DNA from: Phoronis australis
Lineage: Eukaryota; Animalia; Phoronida
DNA length: 64,000 nucleotides
Assembly (NCBI GenBank): GCA_002633005.1
Contig: NMRA01000003.1
Location: 2,594,883-2,658,882, forward strand
Direction of reading: 5' to 3'
Shown here: positions 27,001-39,000 of the stretch, in pieces
How positions within the stretch are numbered: position 1 is the first letter of the stretch
Layout: each line of letters opens with the position of its first letter
Program-made: the position numbers and the translations under genes
Notes under the pieces: model-generated
Seen by the model: only the letters and a program-made list of their open reading frames with translations
Databases searched by the model: none
Told to the model about the DNA's origin: nothing

Positions 27001-30000
27001 TGACTCCGGGCTACTGTACACAGGCTCCACAACCTCAGGTGTATGAGATGGTTCCAATAACTTTGACGCACCATACTGGTGTGGTTTGATGATGCTAGCA
27101 CCAGCAGCATTGAAGTTCTTTATGAGGTCCTGAACACTGCGTTTAGGTTCCTCCTCCTGACTCACGCTGCCCTCTGATGGCCGCCGGAGTGCTTGCTCTG
27201 CACTGTGAGAATCTTGTGCTGATACGACCGACGGCTCCAGAATCGTGAAGTGAGCCTCTTCCTCATCATCACTTGCTCGTGGCGTATCTAGGTCGGGCGA
27301 GGATGACTGGTGTCCATCAGTACTGTACTTCTCCGCCAATTCCTTAAACGCAATTGAAGTTAATAGTAAAACATCCTCAAACAGTGATAGTGGTCTAAAC
27401 CAGTCACAACACATCGATTGCCAAAGTCTCCTCTGGATGTCTCCATGATTAGACTATGGGTACCCAGTTCTTATACCATATCCAAGGGGACAGCGTAATG
27501 GTGCAGTTTAAAACATTCCCTGTTCTAACTGTGATGCCTGTTACATTGGAGAGATATCCATGAATTTTGGTTATCGCCTTAGGAAACATAGGAACTGGAA
27601 GGATGAGCGTTTAAAAAATCGAAAAGAAAAGCCTCCCTTGCTGTAATTAATAAGTCTGCAATTACAGATCACGCTAAGCAAAATAATTTTGTTGCTGCCT
27701 GGGACAGCTCCAAAATTCCAAATGAAAATAACACTGATCGTAGCAGGATAATTTGTTTTGAATTGTGCTTTATTAATATATAGTTAAAACCAAGCTGAGA
27801 AGCTAGAAACCTGACTCAAGAGTCTAGCAGTGTGACCCACTGGGACTCGAACCCACGACCTCGAGTAAAGAAGGCAGGCGCCATCACACTACGCCACACT
27901 GCCTCCTCGTGGCAGGATAATGAAATTCGTCCGTATAAATAAAAAATAGCGTACAGCGAACTGGGATGAAGGAAGTTACAAGCTTTCCTTAATTTAAGAC
28001 GTGCACTTCACCACCTACACTGAAGAAGGCAGAGTCAACACCAAGGTCATCGAAAACTTTTGCCGATTTTTAAGGTAAACCCTCGGACGTGGTATAAGTG
28101 CTGAATAGTCTAACATATTGATTGTTATGAAAACGAAATAATGTGTGAGGTCTGGAGAGTAAGAAACTACTTAATTCCAGTCATGACCTGGATTGTTCTG
28201 AGAACTAAGAATTGTCAACCACTTAAAAAACAATAGGGAGACAAATCAAGGTATGAAACTAAATTATACAACTGGGACCTGTTTCACTAAAATGTCATAA
28301 CATTACAATGTCTTTTTTACACTGAATTTTAATGGAGACTTGCAATCAATCGTAACTTTTGACGTAAGTCCTGGTTTAGAACATTGTAAAGTTATCATGA
28401 TTAATCTTTGTACTCCAAATCGAGCTCGGAATTATTTTTGGGAGTTGCTGTTCTGTTTGTACAAACTCAAGATAGGTGTCTATTATTATGCTTGAGTACA
28501 TTATAATTTATGCACGAGTTTCTAGTCCACGTTCGCAATTGCTGACTCCTAAATTTGAGCTACAAACTTGAAATTTCAAGTAAAAGCTCAAAATTTCGAA
28601 TTTAGAATTACACTTTTAGCCTTAAAGCAAATGCAAACCAGGGTTAGACAGTTGTTCACCAAGCATTTACGTACCCCAGCAAAGAAATGTAGACAAGACA
28701 GTACCATAAAAGTAGAGCAGAAAATACTGAAACCAATTTTGAGATCAATTTCGGGTACAAAGGTTAAACTAGGGCCCTGCAAGTTTCACATCAACAAATT
28801 TCTGCTTCAGAAAAATTCACAATCTCTACACAAAATTATGTTTGAGAAAAATGCAATCACATGATTATGAACATCTGGGCATTGCTTTCATGCACATAGA
28901 AAAATCTTTGATCATCAAGGATTTTCAAAATATATTATCAATGGTTTTATGAGACTACAATTAACACTTTCAAAGCTATTTAGACATTTGATCCATGGCA
29001 ATGGAAGTATCCTTTTACCTTAAGAAGAAGCGAAGAATTATCAAAGGTAAGTAGAAATAAGGCTTGAAAGCTTGTGTTTTTAATAACTACTTTTATCCAT
29101 TTTTAAAAACAGTGTTTTATCAGTTTCTACATTTTATCTGATTTAGACACGTCATTTTTTCACAAGTCACTTGATTTCAAATAAAACAATAAATCAAATG
29201 AAAAGATACTATTGTATTACTTCCAAGAAGTCAACAAATCTTACCATTGTAGTCTTCAAATCAGCAGGTGGAGCATCTTTCTCTTCTCTGGCTGAAGGTG
29301 GCGCTGATGTTGGTATAGGAGGAGGAATCTCAGGATCTCTATAGACAATGATGGTGACAGTCTGTGGAGTACTACGCAGAAACTTGACGGCATCTGAGTG
29401 GGTCATCTCAACCATCTCTTGATCATTCACCTGACAAAAGGAACGCAAGGATTACAATCATGACATTAGAGATAGGCATGCATTAATAAAATATGCATTA
29501 ACTGATGCAGGATGTAAATACACCTGCGTATTTGGTACAAAACATTCACAACCAATTCACATTGGAATCATATATAGCCAAATGAATAGTTATCACATCA
29601 CCAGACCAAAAGTCTTTCTACAGGGATCTACCTTTTCCTAAATTGTTCCTAATTCAAGTTATTATAATGGTAAGTTACCTTTTCTATGTTATAATATTCA
29701 AGAATTGCATTTTTCATCCATTGCAAACAAGGGGTTCTGTGCCCGATTGGAAAAAACAGTCCCAAATAGGGACTCAACTAAGTTCCTTAAATCTACCGCG
29801 TATTTGTGGACATCGATTGTCCGTTCTTATGCTGTTTTACTTTCATTACAAAGTCAATTTTTGATTTTGATACAAATGGAGAGAACTTGACGTTGAATTC
29901 TCAATATTATTGAAAATAAATAGGGATCTTTTTGTGTAACGCCCCTAACTTAAAGACCAAGTCCCTATTTATTTTCATTGAATCCAGGGCTCAGTTTTTA

Positions 30001-33000
30001 GTTATTAGAAAATGTCATAAGTAAAAGAGGAGCTCATAATGAAATTGAAATTATAGAAAAAGATTACATCTGTGAGTAAAGGCAAAACATTTAGGGGTCT
30101 TAGATGAGTCCTTATTTGGGACAGTTTCATGCAACCTGGCAGCACTGGAAATTAACCTAGCTCTGTATATCTGACGTTTTCCTAAACAAATAATAAGTTT
30201 AATTACATGTCTGACTCCCACTTTCCCAAAGATAACATCTGCCAAGCTTAAACTAAGAGTACATCCTGTTTTTGCTGTTACCCAATTGTTCGCTGACCTC
30301 CAAAAAATCTGAACAACTCCACACTCCCAAAAGAACAAAATAAAGATTTTCAGAGTCTTTTCCAGAAAAATGTACAGGTCAGTGGGTTAACTATGCCTGT
30401 TGTTATACAGGAAACAGTTTCTACAAGGTTTAGTGTTATTTGAAGTCATTTGAGAATGGTATCACTATTGAACGAAGAGTTTAATCTGTGGATACTTCTC
30501 CACCATTTACTTGAAAGTAAAACATTAAAAAATCTTCCCATTTACTTCGAATTTTTTGTATAAACAAGTAACAAATTTATCAAAGTATTATTTTTGCCTT
30601 TATGTGTATAAAACAAAGTGGTTAGAAACTCTTTGCTATTATTTCTTAAAGCGTCTGGAATTCTCAGAAACAATTGTGATTATTAATCTAAAGATGTCAG
30701 TTTAACTACACAATAGTTTAGAAAGATTTAAGAGTTTTCTAAAAGTAGCAGAATTCAAATTGCAAAACAAATTCAACACAACCATACGAACAAGTACAAT
30801 AATTTCATGTGACACATGTTCAGAATGGCTGATGACAGTCGTTTAACCTACCATCATCAACTGGTCCCCTGGCTGGAGTCGGCCATCAGACTTAGCTGGA
30901 TCTGCCACCACAGCCTTGATGTATGGTCCTATCTCATCATTACCCCCTCCAACAGTGAAACCTAGTCCACCACCAGGCTGTTTGGTCAATGTAACCTCTA
31001 TTTCCTGAAAATACCGATAGAGCTTCTTGAACATTATTTGCAAAACAGTCGTGTAATTTTTCAAACACCAATTACACCAAAGACTGGTATCTGTCGTGGC
31101 AAAAAGTATAAGATAAATGAAACAAAGGTTCCAAAACATTAGGTTAACTTCCAAACTGTGTTTTTAATATACTAACCCCCTCTATTGAAGAGTCACTGAC
31201 AAAGCTGTGATCATCGTCACTCTCAGGTTGAAGGTCCGTTCTTCGACTGACATCGTCATCCTGTGGCAAGGGTGACGCTGCTGACGAGTCCAGTGTGTCA
31301 TTGTGGGAAGGACCTTCCTGGCCATTGACTGGAAGTCTATCAGATGAAGCAGTAACAGTCCTCTCAGATGGTGACTCACTGTGACCAACAGAGGGAGCTG
31401 GCATGTTCCTAGAATCTTCAACTGAAGACTTACTAATGTCAGAATCAAAGCTTTCTGTCCTTTCAAGATCAGTTGTGTTAGATCGCTGACTCTCTTCTTT
31501 ATCTACCTGACTTGTCACTGATTGACTGTTTTCAATAGGAGGCGTTATGACTGAAGATTGGCCACTCCCAGTGCGACTTAATTTGTTCATCGGTGTGACT
31601 GTAGATGACTGCAAGCTATCCTCTCTGGTAAGATGGTCATGAGGTGTGTCTCTCATTGACGATTGACTTGTGTAACTATCACGACCAAATGGTGTTTTTC
31701 GTGGAGTTTCCATGCCAACCAACATGCGATCCAACTCCTTCACGGGTGTGGGAGTGACGTTATGCTGTGTCACACCCTGATTGACAGGTGTCTCGTGATT
31801 CTTATTGTCTTCTCGTAGCAGCTCACTTTGAACTGGTGAGCGAACAACAGAAGGCGCAGACTCCTCACTGTCAGACTCACTATATTCTGATTCACTCTCA
31901 GAATCCTCCAATCCCATGCCACCAAACTGTTTAGTGCTACTCTGCACTTCAGCTGCAGACTGCTTCACTTGTGGCTGGTTGACTACCTCAGCAACTTGCT
32001 CTGTGGCAGTATTAGTGGGTTTGGGTGTGCTCACCAGCTTATTAGAAGTGGGGGTCCCCTGTACTCTCTGGTTAGCTGTGCTGGTTGGTGTCGAACGTGA
32101 TTTCTCAGACACAGTGCTGAGAGGGGTGGGTGACAAGCCAAAACTGACTGGAGACATCGCATCGCGATCATAAGGAGAATCTCGACCCTAGAACAAAAAC
32201 AATAAAATCATTCAAAGTATACGCATAAACCCCAATCTTGCTAGTTTGACTAAAAATCTTGCATCAACTTAATCCACTCCAGTCTCTCGATGCACACTAT
32301 GACTTAAGTTTTCAGTGTAAAAAATACAGGAAACCTGAATCTAATACTGGAATTTGCTTACTTGAGTTAGCAACGTTGCGTCCGTCTCTCATGGACTTCA
32401 GCTTGGCTAGTGACATTTCCTTACCTCAACTGGATGTCGCAAAACTTTCATGCTTTTTTATCAGTGTAAGGATACCTACGGAGCTAAGTTCTACTAACGT
32501 GCTGCCAACAACCAAGTTAAACGACAAGATAAGCAGCCTTACCCTCTCTGGCAGTGGTGGAAGAATACCAGGCTGAGGTCGACATAGCAGCAAGCGGGTC
32601 ACAGGGGGTGCTGTTCTCAGCAGTGTTACTGTCTCCTGAAATTCAATCGAGGCCATTGTGAAAAAAACGTACACTTAAAATATTTCCGTGACTTTATAAC
32701 TTGTGTGATACACTCCAGTGCTCCAAAATAAAGCGTCCGTCATATTTCCAGAAAGGTTATTCTAGCTTACTGTAGAACCTTACATACGACAGGCCCACAA
32801 AGCATGAATAATATTGACCATGCTTAATCAATATTTTCCAAGCTTGGACAACGTTGACCAGACCTGAACAATATTGTCTGGGCATGAATAAAATTGTGTA
32901 ATGTGTAATTTTTTGCTTCATTAATCTTGCCAGCTAGGATTATTCAAGCTTGAGGAATTTAGCATCACAAAACAGAACGCAACATTTCATCATGAATAGC

Positions 33001-36000
33001 TAAGCAACATTTCACTATTGTAAATACTAGTCTCACACATATCACCCATTGAAGTGATTCAGTTATGATGTGATATTCGTGACGTTTTATCTTCACACTC
33101 TATTTCACACACGACTTACGTTGTGTGTCATTCCTCTAATGCTCTTTCCATTCACTTCTAAAATCACGTCACCCACTTCGAGTTTTCCACTACTGGCGGC
33201 GGCACCTAGTGGGAAGATCTTGCGCACACGCACCACAGCTTTGTTCGGGTCAGGATTTGTTGCTGTGACACCTCCATAGACACTAAAGCCTAGACCACTA
33301 CTTCCCTTTTGCAGATCAACTTCAAAGGTGTTGTCTAAAAAGGAAGGAAAATCATACCAATGATTATAATAACGACAATGACAATACTTGGACAATACAG
33401 TAATAAATTAGGCATTTACCTGATAAAAACAAATATGTTCTGTGCTGTTGTTTGTCACCACATAAAGAAGATGCAGGCATTAATAGGTGTGCACAAAAAT
33501 TAGGGACTTCAATGAGTCTTTTTACCACACAGACCACTTAAAGTTAAAGCTAAAAACAAAATTGGACACATTGATGAAACGGTAAATCTCTTGACCTTAG
33601 CCAAGTTCTGTACATGAGTTTGTGGTCTTCAGTAATGGAGCAGTGGCCAACAGTCCAATCACAATGTACATAAAATAGCCACACTCCCTAGCCACAATTA
33701 CAGCTTGCAGACAGAATGGCAATGGATATAGCAAGTCTTGCTGGCAACATCACATCTTATGCAAGCTGAGTAAACGCACTAATTGGTGGGGTAAATTTGT
33801 CGCAACTTGTTAGTCACCAAATCTATTAGGACACAATTAAGGGATCTGACACAGTTTTAAGATATTGTTGATTTAAAAAAATATTTTGTAATTTGACCTA
33901 TGTTTACAACAAATCTGCAAAAAATGCTGGGGTTGCCAATTATTTTTCTCTTAATAGCTGCCTAAACAGAAGCACCCCAGGCAAAATTTGAAATTTACAT
34001 GAGTTGCTGACGAGCCATCTCTAATTAAACAAAGCAAGGTATCAGTTTTATGTTTTAACACCCGTACTATAATTATATGCCCCAGTCTACTGACTTCCTT
34101 ACATCTACGATTTTTGTTGATTTTGAGCACCTCAATTTCGTCACTTTGGTTTCAAAAAAGTTATACTCTGTCAATTTTTTTTCCTTAATACTGCCCCATG
34201 TGTTTGTTACAAAATCAGAAAAAAGTAGGGGTCAATGACTTAGTTTTTGAGCTAAAGAAAAATGAGTCAATTTCAAGATCATGGTTACCCCTCTGCTTTT
34301 CACTAGATGGCGTTTAATTATTCAATTGTAATTATGAAGTAACTTTCAATTAGTAGACATGAATAAACTAAAATGAGAAGGTTCACCAAAAATTAAGAGA
34401 CATGTCTACATTTAAGTTTGTGCCCATTCTCACGTTTAGAATGACGTCATGAAATTTGAACTCGCCCACCATCATTTAACGCTTTAGTAACAAAGCTCAA
34501 TACAAAATCAACATTTTTCCAAATAATCAATTCGTTATGGGAAATCCAAAATAATATTCGAATGTTTTTCTTCCAAACAAGTCAATTATCATAAAACACC
34601 GACTACTTTGAAGTTTTGTGGCAAACTGTTTAACAACATGGATACATTGAAGCGAGAGAACATTCTTTGCCTAATTAAGAGTAAGCAACACACAAAGCCA
34701 ACCAACGTTGAAATATACCTTCAAGACTAACAGTGTCAACTGACATAAGATCTAAACAATATATGTTGTCTGTAACAAAATATCATTAGAAGTAAAACTT
34801 ATTTATTATACTTTTTCAAGAAATCATCACATTTCATATGACTTTAAAACGTTTATCAGTTTGTTAAGCTTTTAGCAAAAAATTCTGTTTTTACCAAAAA
34901 AGTGCTCAAAGAGGCGAACTTTATTATCAAGGTTTTAATACCGAGTTCCATAAGCTTTTGCCGACTTTTGACGAAATACAAAAGTCTCTGCCACCACCTT
35001 CCAAAATGCTGGGATTTCAGTGGACAACACTGTTACACTTTGGGAGTTGGTGTATTTCAGATTCTGGTCAATAACCAACTCAGTTACATAAGTGTGACCA
35101 AAACTGACCAACAACAAGGGTACCAGAGAGAGAATCATACTCAGGAACATCGCATCTTACGCACAAACCACCAACGAACCTACGAATCATGCAAACGAAC
35201 CCATGAATCCCGCATACGAACCCAAAAATTGGGAAATCATACATATGGAAACAAACTCATACACACGAGCATCTAATCACACGCACAAACACGGCATATA
35301 CAGATACTCATGCTTAGGATTTGGGTTCGTATGATTTGTGGTTTGTGCATGATTTTTTGTTTACATGGGTGATTTTTGGGTTCGTACGCATAGGTTCGTA
35401 GGTGGTTTGTGCGTAAGATGCGATGCTTGTGCGTATTATTATGTGGTACCCCTGAATAAGTGAACCATTAGTAAAACCTGGATCATCAAAATGATGTAGT
35501 CACTGCCAAGTGTCAGCTTGTTTCAACTAAACCTTAATTGATTTTTTCTCTTAAATTTCTCCTTATGATACGCTACATCACATACCTTTGTTAACAAAGT
35601 GGTAAGACGAGTCTTCCTCCCCGCCATCTGTTCCATCCTTCTCACTCTTCCTACCCATACTGACACTGTCATACTCAGACAGGCCTGGTGTCACTGGTGG
35701 TGTCTGGACAGGCAATAATTTACCATTAGTTATGAATGTTGTGACACACACTCAAGCACACACACACACTTCTATTCAACATGACCTATTGTCCAGCAAT
35801 AGGTAAGGTAACACTAATTTGTATGAATTCAATACTGTCTCCGGTTCATTAAAGTTAGGACCTCGCTAAAATGCAAGAGTTCACAAAATTATGTGAGATA
35901 TTGCATATATCTTAAATGAAAACACGAAACTTCAGCTAGATTTTAGCTATGTCCTAGTGTATGTCCTAGTGTATGTCCTAGTGTAGGTCCTAGTGTAGGT

Positions 36001-39000
36001 CCTACTTTAAGTCCTAGTGCAGGTCCTAGTGTAGGTCCTAGCGTTACTGAACGCACACCTGGCATTCAGTTTGAGTAGAAAATAACTCGAAATTCATATT
36101 CACAAAAATATGCCCACAATCACAGCAGGCACTTCTGATATGAATAAGTAGTGGTTTCATTATCTGTATTGTGACATAAAATAATCCTCCTACTGGGTTT
36201 GGGTTTGTCACACAACAGTGATCACCGCTAACATAAATACATTCATTGAAAGCCAAGCAGATCAGGAAGCACTGAAGCCTTACCTTGAAGGCAGGCGACA
36301 TGCCCGTGCGCGGAGGCAGGGGCACGCCCCTCTCCATGACTAGCCGGCACACCTGAGGGGCACTACGTAGGGTCTCCACAGCTTGTTTATGGGTGACCCC
36401 CTCCAGGCTGACATCATTTACAAAGAGCACCCGATCACCTGGGACACACGGCAGGAACAGACATTTTGAACATGGATGAGACACCACAGATTTACACATC
36501 AAACAACTTGTAACATTTACAAAAGCAGGCATGATTTTCAAAATAGCACAAGACAATTAAACCTGCAAAAGTTTCCATTCAGAAAATCAAAGACAAAAAG
36601 TCCAAAATACAACCAGCTCAAGGAGTCCTGCTACTCAATAAAATACGTCACGCTACAATTGAAACACTGATTGACTTGAATTTACAAAGCCATGTCCAAC
36701 AGCCTCTGAACAAATAATGCTTTATAGCTCTTCAGTAACAGACTGAAGTGAGGTATTACAAGGGAGATAACAACTTATACAAACATAAAGAAGAGTGTTG
36801 ATATGCACCTACTGTGTGCATTGTACAAAGTGCAAGTACAAGAAATGACCATTATTTTAAACATTTCCACTAAATGGAGTAATGTTGGTAAACTTAATAA
36901 CAACCACTAGAGAGAGTAAATCAAGTCAGAAATGCTGTCTACAGTTGGAACATACCTGACACATTTCATCATGATACTTCAAGAAGTTTGGAAGATGGGA
37001 GCAGACGACGAAGGACATAAAAATAATAGCAAGCCACAAGGGGCACAATGTAGGTCAAATCAACCTGAAACACTGTAGGTGCTGTCGTCCATGTGACAAC
37101 TTAATTGTCAAAAAACAGACTAAAACGGGATGCCGGACGGACGTAAGATGATGGCATAAATGGAATTTGACTAAAAAGGTTCTGTCCAATTGACCAGAAA
37201 CAATGTCCCCTAAACTGTCCTTGCAAAGGTGATCTAAATTTAATGATGAAAATCAGTAATACAGTTGGTCTAAAGACAGCCTCATTGAAATCTGGTTACT
37301 AAGTGACACTGAACGTGTAACATTTACAAGCCACATTCATTAGACTCCACACCAAAACTGGGGCAGAGTACTTACCTATCCTTATTCGACCACACTGATC
37401 TGCAGCTCCCTCTTGTACCAGAGTTTTTACATAAATTCCACCATGTTTGACACTAGTGTTTACACCCCCCTGCAAGTAATATACGGGTTTAATCACATGC
37501 CGCATAAAATTTGAATGCAGACGACATTTCCAGTCATCAAAATTTAATAAAAGCACAAACTTTTAAGGTACAAAGTATATATTATAAACCTGAAGTCAAG
37601 ATTTTGTCAAAGACTAATCCTGAGCCACCATGGTAGGTGAGGTTGACAACTTCACGAATTGCATCATAATAGTTCCAAATGGAAAAATATCTTTACTTCC
37701 GGAACTTTGAATATGAAAAAATAAGTGGAAGATGGTCATGTTTGGATCTTCTGCTTCTGAATACTAACTAGTCTCAAATGAGTTGTGGACTCAAAATGCG
37801 TGTGTTTGCGTGTGTGTGTGTGTGTGTGCGCGCGCATGAGTAACTGCATGTGTGTGCGCGTGTGTAACTGCATGTGTGTGCGCGTGTGTAACTGCATGTG
37901 TGTGCACGTGTGTAACTGCATGTGTGTGTCTGTGTGTGCCTGTGTCTGCGTGTGGATGGTTCTGTTTGCATGCATCTGTGGGACGAAGAATCTGTTAAAC
38001 AAGTCATTCCATTGACACGTGAAAGTGACCTTTATCACACAAGGTGAGGAACGTGCCATTCTTAGTGACTTACAGTTACATTCAGGCCTAGACTGTTGTT
38101 GATCTTGTCCAGTAGCACCTCATAGCGATCACCAGGACTGAGGTCATCTGGGAGGTCACCAACAGAGGGCGGGTGAGGTGTGGAGCTAGAACTGGCATCA
38201 TAGCCTCCCAGACTCAAAGGACTGTCACTGAATGCACTAAACCAGAGATAACAGTAAGTAAGCTTGGGCCGAAGGCATGCCGATCCATGACAGCTGATCA
38301 ACAAATGACACATTGAATAAACATTAACTCAACTTCCATGCAGTGATACGGACTTGATTGAGTGATGAATGTGTAATTATCTCGACTCAGACTTGACTGA
38401 GAAAACAAAAAACAGAGTAGAGGAAAACTAAACATCAACAGTTCATGTAGAATTATCATTACAGATTGCATGTACATTGTATGCCTGGAGAAGAGTGTAC
38501 TCAGTCAGTGCGTAAGTTTACCTGAAGTTACTACCAGGCCTCTGTTGAGGAGTAGCCGACTTCTTACCAGCAGGTGGCGCTGGTGACGGTGTCTTGGCAG
38601 ACGTATGTTTACCTCTGTTGAGCTGTGCAGCTTGGGCTGCTTGGAAAGCTATGGTCACCTCACTGTCCACCTCAACAGATTCATCTGCAGAATGGGAGAG
38701 ATAGTGGTTTAGAAAGACTTGCAGAACCCACAAGCATAATATCAAATCATACATCATACAAGAGTTTAATTTGGACAAAAATTTAAAGGATAGAGTATCA
38801 CGGACACTTATCTACACCAAATAAAAGAGTCTGAGGAACTGTAGGAAAACAAGATATGTTTTAACGGTTACTTTCTTAATAAAATCAGCAACCTGAGAAG
38901 GATGTTGATTTGAACAATAATGCACTTATTCCAGTACTCAAGCAATCTTCTTTAATGTGTAATGATATTACAGAATCTGAATTATTACAAACTTTTGCTA

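Noticed and set aside
37736-38059. His/Thr- and Cys/Val-rich ORFs
   Set aside because: Translations of a (TG)n compound microsatellite.
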